Assembly: GCA_963754875.1 (NCBI GenBank)
Contig: CAVWHO010000003.1
Location: 1-64,000, forward strand
DNA from: Nitrospirota bacterium
Lineage (GTDB): Bacteria; Nitrospirota; UBA9217
Reading direction: 5' to 3'
DNA length: 64,000 nucleotides
This document shows, piece by piece, positions 1 through 10,414 of the stretch (positions within the stretch are counted from its first letter, which is position 1; each line of letters begins with the position of its first letter). The notes beneath the pieces are model-generated. The model saw only the letters and a list, made by a program, of their open reading frames with translations. It had not been told where the DNA came from and made no database searches. Both the position numbers and the translations under genes were made by a program.

Positions 1-1254
1 ATGGCCAAGTTCGCAGAGTACGGGTTCAACAAGTCCCACAGCGCGGCGTACGCCCTCATTACGTACCAGACGGCCTATCTCAAGGCGCATTACCCCGTCG
101 AATACATGGCTGCCCTGCTCACGAGCGAAGTCCAGGACACGGACAAGGTCGTAAAATACATCTACGAAGCCCGCCTGATGGGCATCAACATCCTGCCGCC
201 TGATGTGAACGAAAGCCGCTGGGACTTTACCGTCGTGGAAGCCCATGACCGGGAGAACATCGAGCCCGGCAGTAACATCGGCTCCGTCCGCTTCGGCCTT
301 GCCGCAGTCAAGAATGTGGGGATCTCGGCCATCGAGGCCATGATTGAAGCTCGGGAAAGCAAAGGAACTTATACCTCGCTTGCCGATTTCTGTAAAAAGG
401 TGGACCAGCGCAGGGTGAACCGCCGCGTGATCGAAGCCTTGATCAAGTGCGGAGCTTTTGATTTTACGGGAGCGCGCAGGGCCCAGATGATGGATGCCAT
501 CGACATGATGATGGATCAGGCCGCAAAGCACCAGGAGCAGGAGGCCGTGGGCCAGTTCAGCATCTTCGACTCCCTGACCGATCAGAAGGACCCCGAGCTC
601 CCGAACGTGCCTGAATGGAAAGAGAGTCAGCTTTTGTCGTACGAAAAAGAAAGCATGGGTTTTTACATCTCCGGCCATCCCCTTGCGGCGTTCCAGGACG
701 ACATGAAGCGCTATGCCTCGGCAACGACCGAGACGCTCGACAGCATCCCCGACGGAAAAGAGATAACTATTTGTGGCATCATCGCGGGCCTGAAGCAGAA
801 GGTCACGAAAAAAGGCGACAAGATGGCCATCCTGAACCTGGAGGACCTGTCGGGCACGGTAGAGACCGTCGTGTTCCCCGATCTCTACAAGTCCTCGCAC
901 CATCTGCTTTTGACTGATACGCCGCTCATCGTAGCAGGACAACTCGATAAGAGCGAGCAGGGCAACAAGATCAAAGCCATGCGCATTCACCTGCTTGCGG
1001 ACATCAAGAAGAAAGGCGCCACGCGCCTGGACATCAAACTCTCCGCAACCGGCCTGACCCAGGACGACCTGCTCAAGGTCAAGGACATCCTCCTCCGCTA
1101 CGGGGGCGATATCCCCGTCTATCTCCGTCTCCAGAACCCTACGCGTAAAGACTCTCTGATTTCCGTCGGCAGGGACATCCGCGTGAACCCCAGCGATCAG
1201 CTCATAAACGAGATTGAATCCATCCTCGGAGCAGGCACCGTTTCCCTGGTGTAG
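1..1254 (+). CDS. dnaE: DNA polymerase III subunit alpha, C-terminal part (gene begins before the window)
   Basis: FAEYGFNKSHSAAYA, YLKAHYP, LPPDVNES, RFGLAAVKNVG and LIKCGAFD motifs, GFYISGHPL, C-terminal OB fold. Confidence 0.97.
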   Translation: MAKFAEYGFNKSHSAAYALITYQTAYLKAHYPVEYMAALLTSEVQDTDKVVKYIYEARLMGINILPPDVNESRWDFTVVEAHDRENIEPGSNIGSVRFGLAAVKNVGISAIEAMIEARESKGTYTSLADFCKKVDQRRVNRRVIEALIKCGAFDFTGARRAQMMDAIDMMMDQAAKHQEQEAVGQFSIFDSLTDQKDPELPNVPEWKESQLLSYEKESMGFYISGHPLAAFQDDMKRYASATTETLDSIPDGKEITICGIIAGLKQKVTKKGDKMAILNLEDLSGTVETVVFPDLYKSSHHLLLTDTPLIVAGQLDKSEQGNKIKAMRIHLLADIKKKGATRLDIKLSATGLTQDDLLKVKDILLRYGGDIPVYLRLQNPTRKDSLISVGRDIRVNPSDQLINEIESILGAGTVSLV

Positions 1255-1472
1255 CAAGTACCCGGGTTAAAAAATAAAGTCATCTCGTCTGTATCTCCCA
1301 CATTTGTCCGCCCAATTCATCACTTCTGCACATTACTGATACTAATCGATACGAAAATAGTAGCACTACTACATCACACGCATCAAATGTGCTAAACTTA
1401 AATCAGAAACAGAAAATTGCAGGACCGCAGGTCTAAACCGCTCGTTAAGTATAGAGTAAAAGGGGGTTTCAG

Positions 1473-2495
1473 ATGATGAAAAGCTCAGAGCTTGAAGCGA
1501 CTGCTCGCGCGCTCGTGGCTAAAGGGAAAGGCGTGCTTGCGGCAGATGAGAGTCTCCCGACCATACAGAAGCGATTTTTGGCACTGAACATCCCGTCAAC
1601 GGAAGAGAACCGTCGTGCTTATCGCGAACTGCTCTTTACCACAACCGGAATAGAAGCCTACATCAGCGGTGTGATCATGTTCGATGAAACGATCCGCCAG
1701 CAGACGCGTGAGGGAAAGCCATTTGTCGCTCTGTTGAGCCGTAGAGGAATCCTGCCTGGTATTAAAGTCGATAAGGGAACCATCGACATGCCGGGTTTTC
1801 CCGGAGAAAAGTTAACAGCCGGTCTGGACGGCCTTCGTGAACGACTGAAGGAATATCGTGACTTGGGCGCCCGGTTCACGAAATGGAGGGCCGTCATAAC
1901 CATCGGCAGCGGCGTTCCCACGCCGGTCAACATCGAAACCAATGCACGCTCGCTTGCGCTTTTCGCGGCTTTGTCCCAGGAAGCAGGTCTGGTGCCGGTG
2001 GTTGAGCCCGAAGTATTGATGGACGGGGACCATGACATTGAGAGATGCGAGGAAACGAGCTTTGCAGTATTGGAAAGCGTTTTTTCAAGACTCCGCGAAT
2101 ACCGCGTCCGTCTTGAAGGCATGCTGCTCAAGGCCAGCATGGTCCTCCCGGGCAAGCTTTCGACGGACCAGGTCCCTGCTGCACAAGTCGCGGAAACGAC
2201 CATAAGGACCCTGCGACGGACCGTCCCTGCCGCAGTCCCAGGCATCGTATTTCTTTCCGGCGGTCAGAGCCCTGAGCAGGCCACAAGACATCTCAACGCG
2301 ATGAACGCGTTGGGCAGCCAGCCCTGGGAGATCAGTTTTTCTTTTGGCCGTGCATTGCAGGATACTGCGCTCAAAACTTGGATGGGGTCGGCATCCAACG
2401 TTGCAGCCGCACAAAAGGAATTATTTCTTTGCGCGAAACGCAACAGTGAAGCGCGCTATGGCACATACTCGGGAGAGGCTGAAAAGGCTGCTTGA
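1473..2495 (+). CDS. Class I fructose-bisphosphate aldolase (eukaryote-like glycolytic family)
   Basis: KGVLAADES, GIKVDKG, FTKWRAV, VPVVEPEVLMDG, FLSGGQS and SFSFGRALQ motifs. Confidence 0.95.
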   Translation: MMKSSELEATARALVAKGKGVLAADESLPTIQKRFLALNIPSTEENRRAYRELLFTTTGIEAYISGVIMFDETIRQQTREGKPFVALLSRRGILPGIKVDKGTIDMPGFPGEKLTAGLDGLRERLKEYRDLGARFTKWRAVITIGSGVPTPVNIETNARSLALFAALSQEAGLVPVVEPEVLMDGDHDIERCEETSFAVLESVFSRLREYRVRLEGMLLKASMVLPGKLSTDQVPAAQVAETTIRTLRRTVPAAVPGIVFLSGGQSPEQATRHLNAMNALGSQPWEISFSFGRALQDTALKTWMGSASNVAAAQKELFLCAKRNSEARYGTYSGEAEKAA

Positions 2496-2536
2496 GTCGG
2501 GCAGTCAAAGACAGCTTCCCAAGAGGAGGCGATAGT

Positions 2537-2853
2537 ATGGCAGTTTCTGAAACAGTAAAAAAAATCAAAGATACAATTAGAAAAAGTAAATAAAGGAGCA
2601 GGTCGTAGATTTCACATTCTATGGACCTGAAGCAAAAACAGTCTTTCTCGCAGGTAATTTCAATGCCTGGAATACGAAGTCTCTTCCCCAGAAGAAGGGC
2701 ACTGACGGCATGTGGCGACTTTCGGTCAAGCTTCCCGCGGGACGACATGAGTACAAATTCTACGTTGACGGCGCCTGGGCGCAGCAATTGCCCTGCTCCA
2801 CGACTACTTTCAACCCCTATGGGACTTACAATTGTGTGATCGGCGTTAGCTAA
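2537..2853 (+). CDS. Small glycogen-binding (CBM48 / AMPK1_CBM-like) protein, split by a 1-nt deletion near 2590; absent from the ORF track
   Basis: GGAGG RBS then ATG at 2537 (MAVSETVKKIKDTIRKSK*). The shifted frame continues KEQVVDFTFYGPEAKTVFLAGNFNAW...GMWRLSVKLPAGRHEYKFYVDGAW...NPYGTYNCVIGVS* to 2853. Confidence 0.85.
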
Positions 2854-3088
2854 AAGGGTGTTTCGCGCCTATAAGATGCCCTTTGCATCAAACAATGACA
2901 TCAAACAATGACGTCAGTTGACAGAATTGGAGAAATGTCCTATATTCGTACTGGTATTGTGATCCTTCGCCATTTCACCTCTCCGCTCGGATAGAGGAGA
3001 AAGGCGTCTTCAAGGAGGGGCGGAAATGTGTAAAAAACTCTCCCGAATTCAAACTTCAATACGCTCAAAATCACTTTAAGGACAGGTT

Positions 3089-3526
3089 ATGCAACCGATT
3101 CAGCACCTGTTACAGGACTATCCTATTGTGGCCGAATTTCCCGTTGCCTGGGGTGAGATGGACTCATTTCAGCACGTAAACAACGTCGTCTATTTTCGCT
3201 ATTTCGAAAACGCACGCATCATCTATTCCGAAAAGCTTGGCCTGCACAAATATAAAGAGCAGACCGGCATCGGACCGATTCTCGGCTCTACCAGCTGCAA
3301 GTTTAAGCATCCCCTCACCTATCCTGATACGGTTTCCGTCGGAGCAAAAATAATCAATATCGCAGATGACAGGTTCATGATGGTTTATGTGGTCGTGAGC
3401 CATCGACAGGGGAAGATCGCTGCTGAAGGTGAAGCCGTGATCGTAATGTACGATTACCGCGAAGGCAGGAAGACGGCGATCCCCGACGAGTTGCGCCGGA
3501 AAATGATGACTTTGGAACAGAAATAA
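3089..3526 (+). CDS. Acyl-CoA thioesterase (4HBT/YbgC-FadM hotdog family)
   Basis: VAWGEMDSFQHVNNVVYFRYFENAR motif and PLTYPD. Confidence 0.92.
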   Translation: MQPIQHLLQDYPIVAEFPVAWGEMDSFQHVNNVVYFRYFENARIIYSEKLGLHKYKEQTGIGPILGSTSCKFKHPLTYPDTVSVGAKIINIADDRFMMVYVVVSHRQGKIAAEGEAVIVMYDYREGRKTAIPDELRRKMMTLEQK

Positions 3527-3605
3527 AGAGCACGATTTATCCCCTCACCCGCACTCTCCGAGGTGCTATCCCATGAGGAGAAAACGCAGATGAGACTACG
3601 TATTC

Positions 3606-3977
3606 ATGATAAGTAAATTGCAGGACCTCAAGACTATTACCATAAAAGATGTGAATGCAGCACTACTTCGGGACGATCCCGCTGAACTCGAGCTCCTCTC
3701 CATAACAATCGCGCTCTCCGATCTCGACATTCATTTTGTTCAATCAATCTGCACGGGGCTTACTTCCTACCATAACAGCAAAGTACGAGGCAATGCGCTC
3801 GTGAGTCTCGGACATCTCGCAAGGCGTTACCGCATGCTCGATGAGCAGTCCATCAAACCGATCGTCGAATCTGCCCTCCTTGATGCTGATGAATTTATCC
3901 GGGAAAGCGCCAAGTCGGCTGCTGACGAAATTCATCAGTTTCTCCACTGGAACATCCAAGGGTATGTCTATGGCTGA
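3606..3977 (+). CDS. Small HEAT-repeat-like hypothetical protein
   Basis: VRGNALVSLGHLARR and ALLDADEFIRESAKSA resemble HEAT repeats. Confidence 0.6.
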   Translation: MISKLQDLKTITIKDVNAALLRDDPAELELLSITIALSDLDIHFVQSICTGLTSYHNSKVRGNALVSLGHLARRYRMLDEQSIKPIVESALLDADEFIRESAKSAADEIHQFLHWNIQGYVYG

Positions 3978-4084
3978 TGCTTCCCTTCTCCTTCCACTCG
4001 ATCCGGTCGATCGTTCTTGCAAAATTCCTATCAGCACGGTATAGTTACGTCGCTACAATCTCTTCTATCCCATAAAGGCGCATA

Positions 4085-4753
4085 ATGAAAACCTTCACAG
4101 ATTATCTGGAACAATACGCTCTCTTTTCGATGGAAAAACAGGACAAGCTGTCGAGAATCATCGGCGAGAATATGCATGAACTCGACCTCGATGCCGGCTT
4201 GATTCGGTTCAGCCGCGACCTGGCTTTCCCGTTTCAAGTCCTCGGCACGGAATCGGACAATACGCTCACCTGGCTGTGGGCATGGGCCGAGGAACACACG
4301 GAAATCCCCGAGAACCTCGTACAAACTTCGTTGCAACTCCGCGACTGGGGCGTGGGCGAAGGGATCCGTGAATTCACGATACCGTCCCTTGATCTCGACC
4401 ATGCTGATGGCAACTCCCTCGCAATGGTTTCCACGCAGATCGCCATGGCAAACAGTTACTTTCGCGACAGCTACGAAGGTGGGGCTGCGTATCTTCTCAT
4501 CTTCGATAAATCGATTGAGAACGAACCGTCATTCGATCGGGCAAGCCTGTTTAGCCATCTGACGAGCCTCCTTTCCCGTTACGAGCTCAACCAGAGGAAC
4601 GTATTGTTGTCCTACTTGGAGAGGAAGGGACTCTCCCCTGTTGCGAAAGACGTCGTGACTACCTGTGAGCTGGAATCCGGAGAACGGGTCATTGCAGAAT
4701 TTGATGATACGGGGAAATTGAGGGTATGGAACGGGGAAGCAATAACCGATTAG
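4085..4753 (+). CDS. DUF6882-like hypothetical protein
   Basis: QVLGTES...TWLWAWA motif recalled from DUF6882 proteins. Confidence 0.65.
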   Translation: MKTFTDYLEQYALFSMEKQDKLSRIIGENMHELDLDAGLIRFSRDLAFPFQVLGTESDNTLTWLWAWAEEHTEIPENLVQTSLQLRDWGVGEGIREFTIPSLDLDHADGNSLAMVSTQIAMANSYFRDSYEGGAAYLLIFDKSIENEPSFDRASLFSHLTSLLSRYELNQRNVLLSYLERKGLSPVAKDVVTTCELESGERVIAEFDDTGKLRVWNGEAITD

Positions 4754-4777
4754 CAAAATACATTCGTTCAAACGCGA

Positions 4778-6969
4778 TTATTTCATGACGTTCGGGCGAG
4801 GTTCCGGATTACTCACGGTGTTGTTTTTCCCCCGATCAAGGACCTGTTGTATCGTGGCAAGCAGCAGAGCGCCATCGAAGGGTTTTTTGAGAAGAACGTC
4901 GATGTCCCTCGCTTCATTCACGAGCGAACTGCCGCTGAATCCGGTTATTCCGATCACCTTGACTCCTGGTTTCAATTGCTTGAACTTCCTTGACAACTCC
5001 GAGCCGCTCATGAGCGGCATGATCATATCGGTTATGACCAGGTCTATGTCGCCGGTCTTTTCCTGAAATACTTCCTGCGCGTATTCCGCATTGTCCGCGG
5101 CAAGGGTCCTGTATCCGAGGCATTCAGGGTATCCGTGATATAAGACAGCACTTCCTTCTCGTCATCGACAACAAGCAGGCATTTGCTCCCCTCAGCGGCA
5201 GACAGCGAACCGGCTGCATCCTCCAACAGTGCCGGCTTTACTTCCCCGGGCAGCGCCGGCAGAAATATCTCAAAGGTCGTGCCCGCGCCCGCTTCGCTCT
5301 GAACCCGAACTTCCCCTTTGTGGCTCTTTACGAGTCCGTACACCATGGCCAGCCCGAGTCCCGTACCCTTGCCAACGGGCTTCGTGGTAAAGAACGGGTC
5401 GAAGATCCGGTCCCTGATCTCCCGCGGGATGCCGTGCCCCGTATCGCTCACCGAGAGAACGGCGTATTTCCCCGGTGTCAAAAGAGGATGCACCTGTACG
5501 GCGTTCGATCCCAGGTCAACGACTGAAGTTGAAATCGTTATCGTTCCGCCTCCGGGCATGGCGTCCATCGCGTTCATTACCAGGTTCGTGATGACCTGTT
5601 CGAGGTGGATGCTGTCTCCGTTGATCGCGGGAAGACGCTGCCCGGTCTTCACCGTTGCGGCAATATTGCGTTCAATGAGCGCCCTGCCGAGGAGTTCTAC
5701 CGTGTCCAGCACGACGACGTTCAGGTCGATCGGCTCCAGTTCCAGCGTCTCCTTCCTGGCAAAACTCAGCAGCTTCGACACCATCATGCCCGCGCGCTTG
5801 GCTGCGTCCTCGACGGTCTTGATCCTTCTTTTTCCGAATTCGTCTTCGCCGATGTGCCTTCGCAAGACCTCGGTATGGCCGAGTATGGCCGTGAGGATAT
5901 TGTTAAAATCGTGGGCGATGCCGCCTGCGAGCACGCCCATGGACTCCATTTTCTGAGACTGCAGCACCTGTTCCTGGAGTTTTTTCTTTTCTGTCATATC
6001 GCGGTGGAACGACTGGATATGGAGCACGCCGCCGATATCGATGGCCCGTGAACTGACTTCGAGAAAGATCCTGGTCCCGTCTTTCCGGTAGTGTTCTGCT
6101 TCATAGACGAGGGACTTGCCGTCCAGGATTTCCTTCAGCCGTTCATCTATCTCTCCGCTGCGCCGTTCGATTTCCAGGATCCTGATGTTCGTCCCGACCA
6201 CTGCGTCCCGCTCAAAACCGTGGATCTCGCAGAAACGCCGGTTCACGTCCGTAATATTTCCTGCCCGGTCCAGAACGGCGATCCCGTCGTTGGCATTATC
6301 GAAGAGCGCTCGATATTTCTGTTCGGTAATAGCAAGCGCCCCCGATTTTTCCGAGACGAGGTCTTCGAGGCTGTTTGAATACTGTTCAAGCTTATATTTC
6401 TCCTCGGAAAGCTCGGCCCTGAGCTGGAGCTCCGAGACCAGCAGTTTTTGGTTGTTATACCTGAGCAAAAGACCGATGACGAACATCGATATGAGGAAGA
6501 CATTGTTGCTGACAAAGACACCGCTGGTGATTGTTTCGGTGAGCATGATCGGCACGACATAAATGCTGTAAACAATCCCTATCAGGAGGAACGAAAGGGG
6601 CATACTCATCGGCGCAAAGCCCAGGCAGCAGATTGTCAGAATCATCATTGCGGCATAATAGAGGGAGCTTTGGCCGCCGCTCTGCAGAATAGCGAGCTCG
6701 ACGGTGACCGCGCTCAGCGTGGCCCCGATGGCGGCGATGACGTATTGGTAGAGCTTGCTTTGTCTCAGTTTGTTCAAGAAATACAGCAAGACAAGGAGTG
6801 CGGAAATGACCAGCCGGTACAACAGAAACCGCACGAATTTGTTGGGAGAGATGAAATAATCCATGAATTCTAGGGCGGGAAAGAGAACAGCGCCCATGAG
6901 AAGGATGGAACCGATCCATTTCTGCGTCAGGCTGGTTAAATGATCTTCAGGAGAGTATTGCCGTTCCAT
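4778..6969 (-). CDS. Membrane-bound hybrid PAS sensor histidine kinase with C-terminal receiver domain; 1-nt frameshift near 5119
   Basis: N-terminal TM helices, [17 protein letters not shown]-box, [25 protein letters not shown] and LVVDDE. Restoring one C gives NALGYRTL...[10 protein letters not shown]...KPF, joining ORF 4778..5026. Confidence 0.92.
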
Positions 6970-7050
6970 GAAAAGAGTATATCACCATAATTATTACATT
7001 ATCAAATACTATTTGGACGGTGACAGCAGGAGAAGGACTTGCCGGTCAAC

Positions 7051-7080
7051 TTGACAAAGTCCGTTCATTCACGGTATGCT
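7051..7080 (+). promoter_or_regulatory. sigma70-like promoter
   Basis: TTGACA-N18-TATGCT upstream of the 7144 gene. Confidence 0.6.
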
Positions 7081-7143
7081 GTCCCTACGTGGGAAATGCG
7101 AAAAGCCGCTTCCGGAACGTCAAATATACTGAGGGAGTAATTC

Positions 7144-7932
7144 ATGTCTCTATTGAACAACCTTGAAAGAAAATTCCGTCGTTTCGCGATTTCAAATGTC
7201 ACGCTCTACCTCATTCTCGGGCAGGTACTCTTCTTTGTCTTCGTCATGTCAGGCCGGTTCATCCTGGGACGGGTGGTGCTCATCCCGGAACTCGTTCTCG
7301 CAGGAGAGTGGTGGAGGCTCATCACGTTCCTGTTCATTCCTCCCATCACGAACCCGATATTCGCGTTCTTCGCCTGGTATTTGTTCTATCTCATGGGCAA
7401 TGCCCTCGAAGGACATTGGGGCGCGTTCTGGTACAATCTCTTCCTCCTGATCGGATATCTGGTGACCGTGGCCGTGGCGTTCCTGTTCCCCTACTCCGCC
7501 GCCACGAACATCTTTATCGGCGGCTCCGTGTTCCTTGCGTTCGCCTACCTCTATCCGGATTTTCAGCTCTACATTTTTTTCATCCTCCCGGTTAAGATCA
7601 AATGGCTGGCCCTGCTCACCTGGATCGGCTATGCTTATGAGGTGATCGTCGGTTCCTGGAGCACGCGCCTGCTCGTCCTGGCTTCGATCAGCAACTTCCT
7701 GCTTTTCTTCGGAAAGGATATCTATTGGAGGATCAAGACGGGGAACAGGAAAATGGTGTTTCAGGCCAAACAGTACTCAACCGGCCGGGATCCCTTCCAC
7801 AAGTGCGCTGTTTGCGGAAAAACCGACCTATCGGACCCGCAGATGGAGTTCCGCTACTGTTCAGACTGCGGCGGCCTCGGATACTGCAAGGACCACATCC
7901 TTAGCCATGAACACGTGAAAAAGGTGTCCTAA
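7144..7932 (+). CDS. Rhomboid/derlin-like membrane protein with C-terminal Cys/His zinc finger
   Basis: GEWWRLITFLF and several TM helices; C-terminal HKCAVCG...YCSDC...YCKDH..H.H; no GxSG catalytic motif seen. Confidence 0.75.
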   Translation: MSLLNNLERKFRRFAISNVTLYLILGQVLFFVFVMSGRFILGRVVLIPELVLAGEWWRLITFLFIPPITNPIFAFFAWYLFYLMGNALEGHWGAFWYNLFLLIGYLVTVAVAFLFPYSAATNIFIGGSVFLAFAYLYPDFQLYIFFILPVKIKWLALLTWIGYAYEVIVGSWSTRLLVLASISNFLLFFGKDIYWRIKTGNRKMVFQAKQYSTGRDPFHKCAVCGKTDLSDPQMEFRYCSDCGGLGYCKDHILSHEHVKKVS

Positions 7933-8129
7933 CTGAATTGAAGGGGGGAATTTTTTCGATTCCTGACCCGGACAAGCCGGAAAGAAAGGTCGAAATAAAA
8001 ATCATTCAGGATAAATGGAGAAAACGTCGAGTTTTTTTCTTCCCCTCCTTTCGCCTTTCACTTTTCCCGTTCTCCATCAGGTTTTTCGAAGATTAACAAT
8101 CTTTTGTTGATGGTAGGCGTAAGCGCCTA

Positions 8130-9416
8130 TCAAAAATCGATGCCCAGTCTCCGGGCAACCTCGATAGCGGACGTTACGGCATCTTCATGCAGACCAAAGC
8201 CGAAGTGGCTGCCGCAATAGTAGGTGTTCATTCTGCCGTTCAACGAAGGCAGTTCTCGTATCGTCGCGCAGGACGAAAAATCAAACAACGGGGTCCTGAA
8301 GACTTTTTCGAACACGACGCGGCCTTTTTCGATCGGGAAATTCGGATGCTGCGTGCTGATGAGGTCGCATTTCTTTGATACGTTCGGCAGCGACCACAAG
8401 GAGCCGCTGACCGAAGTTTCTATATACCTGCCCTTCTCCTCGTACAGGAACGTATAGCCTTCCATCAGTTCCCGCCTGGGAAAGTGCGAATGGTCGCGAT
8501 GGACAATGATCGTCCCCTCCGTATATTTCCAGGCTCCCAGCAGTCTTTTTTCGTCAGCCGTGGGCTGGTCCAGCAGTTTCAACGCCTGGTCGGCATTACA
8601 GGCGAATACGACCTTGCCGAACAGCCTCTCTCTTCCGTCTTCCGTGCAAACCCTGACCCCGTCATCACCCCTCATGATCGATTTAATTTGTGCATTGAGG
8701 CTGATTTTGTCTCGGTAAGAGGCGGATAAGGCCTTGACATAGCTATTTGTACTGTCCTTTGCAAAATGGACCGAGAAGAGAGCCTTGGGTGGGACAAGAT
8801 CATCATGTGTGTTTAGTCTTTCGAAGAAGAATTCAGCAGGAGCATCGAGGACGTCGTCGCAGTGCATGGAAGATATCAGGCACAGGCAACTGATAAGCAT
8901 CAATCGAGCATCCCCGCCAAATTGGGGGACTTTTTTTAAGGCATCTTCAACAGTCAGGCCTGCAAGAGCTCCGTTTCGCAATAAAGCCTGGGCGCGCCGC
9001 AAGCATCGCGCAAGTTGAAGAATGTTCTTCATGTGGCCCGGTCTCAGTATCTCAAAATTCTGGGCGAGCAGCCCTTTCATCCCCGGTGTCAGATATATTC
9101 CTTTTTTTGTGTTCAGATTATAAAAACATGCGCCGAGGCCGGACAATTCGAGCGGATGCATTCTGAAGGAACTTATGGTTTCGATGTTTAATTTTTTGAA
9201 AAGCCTGAAAAGATTCTTGTAAGACCATCTCCCAAAGACTGCCGCGGCGATATCAACGTTCTCTTTGTCAGGCGTCGTCAGCGTATATGCGTTGCCGCCG
9301 AGCCTGTTGGATTTTTCGAACAAAGTAATGTCGTACTTTTCATGAAGCAAATAGGCCGCTGTTAAGCCCGCTATGCCTCCGCCGATAATGGCAATTGTAT
9401 TATTCCCTAAGCCCAC
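8130..9416 (-). CDS. FAD-dependent oxidoreductase (amine oxidase-like, COG2907 type)
   Basis: IAIIGGGIAGL..A dinucleotide motif, FEK..RLGGNAYT and C-terminal YCGSHFGFGLHEDAVTSA. Confidence 0.85.
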   Translation of the reverse strand: MGLGNNTIAIIGGGIAGLTAAYLLHEKYDITLFEKSNRLGGNAYTLTTPDKENVDIAAAVFGRWSYKNLFRLFKKLNIETISSFRMHPLELSGLGACFYNLNTKKGIYLTPGMKGLLAQNFEILRPGHMKNILQLARCLRRAQALLRNGALAGLTVEDALKKVPQFGGDARLMLISCLCLISSMHCDDVLDAPAEFFFERLNTHDDLVPPKALFSVHFAKDSTNSYVKALSASYRDKISLNAQIKSIMRGDDGVRVCTEDGRERLFGKVVFACNADQALKLLDQPTADEKRLLGAWKYTEGTIIVHRDHSHFPRRELMEGYTFLYEEKGRYIETSVSGSLWSLPNVSKKCDLISTQHPNFPIEKGRVVFEKVFRTPLFDFSSCATIRELPSLNGRMNTYYCGSHFGFGLHEDAVTSAIEVARRLGIDF

Positions 9417-9745
9417 AATGTCTATTATATCGTAGAATTAGGCAGAAGAGGCAACGATAACGCCTCGGGTGAGCGGCACGTAGATTTTCCCCGACTTCCG
9501 AGCGTCTTCACCGCTGTCCGTCTCGATTCGTTTGTCGACCTCGGCCTGTTTCTCGGAGCTGTCTTTTTGTTTCGCTGTATCATACGACAGGTACGGAAAT
9601 AAATTATAGGAAGGGGTAAGCTGTGTAAATGTAAAAGGCGCACAGATCAAGTCGATTTCTCGGATTGGGTGGGTGCACGCACACAGAAGGATGAGCTCAG
9701 CCAGATTCGTCACGCTCTCGGCTACTAAGGGCAAACAAGTTATTC

Positions 9746-9774
9746 TTGACGCATTTGCTGAATATAATTATACT
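9746..9774 (+). promoter_or_regulatory. sigma70-like promoter
   Basis: TTGACG-N17-TATACT upstream of the Smr gene. Confidence 0.6.
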
Positions 9775-9868
9775 TTGATACGGACTAATAGGCATTAAAG
9801 CATGTTAGTCACTTTACTGTATGGGCGCTCTGTATTTTCCTTTGCTCGAATCCATGCGATAATGAACG

Positions 9869-10147
9869 ATGAAGAACGATTCTGTTGAACAACCCATTGA
9901 CGGGACACTCGATTTGCACACCTTTCAGCCTGTCGAGGTGAAGGACCTCGTGCCGGATTATCTTGCTGAATGCCGGAAACGCGGGATTCTCCAGGTGCGC
10001 ATCATTCATGGGAAAGGGACCGGCGCGCTGCGGAGGACGGTGCTGTCAATCCTGGAGAAACTCCCCTATGTGGATTCATTCAGAACAGCGGAGGAAGATG
10101 CAGGAGGATGGGGTGCGACGATCGTTACGCTGAGAGCACAGGAGTAA
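9869..10147 (+). CDS. Stand-alone Smr/MutS2-domain protein
   Basis: LDLH, RIIHGKGTGALR and GGWGATIV motifs. Confidence 0.93.
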   Translation: MKNDSVEQPIDGTLDLHTFQPVEVKDLVPDYLAECRKRGILQVRIIHGKGTGALRRTVLSILEKLPYVDSFRTAEEDAGGWGATIVTLRAQE

Positions 10148-10414
10148 GGACCTGGTTAGATGCGGATGTAGAGAGACGGCTTTTTTGCGCGAGACGCCTT
10201 GTCTCTTCTTGTTGATAGCACTAATACAAATGACGTAAATATTGTGACATCCGGAAAAGTCCCCCTCACACCCTGCTCTTGCTTGTGGCCGCAACTATGG
10301 CTGGAGAGAGTAGACAGGTGTGGGGCAAAGCAGTAAGGATTTAATTCTTTTTGCGGGTATGAGGGAATGTAATGACAGGTATGACCGAACGAAACAAAGG
10401 CAGGGGCCCCTGCC

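Noticed and set aside
2886..2911. 13-bp tandem duplication CATCAAACAATGA x2
   Set aside because: Only two copies with no spacers; not CRISPR-like and no function can be supported.
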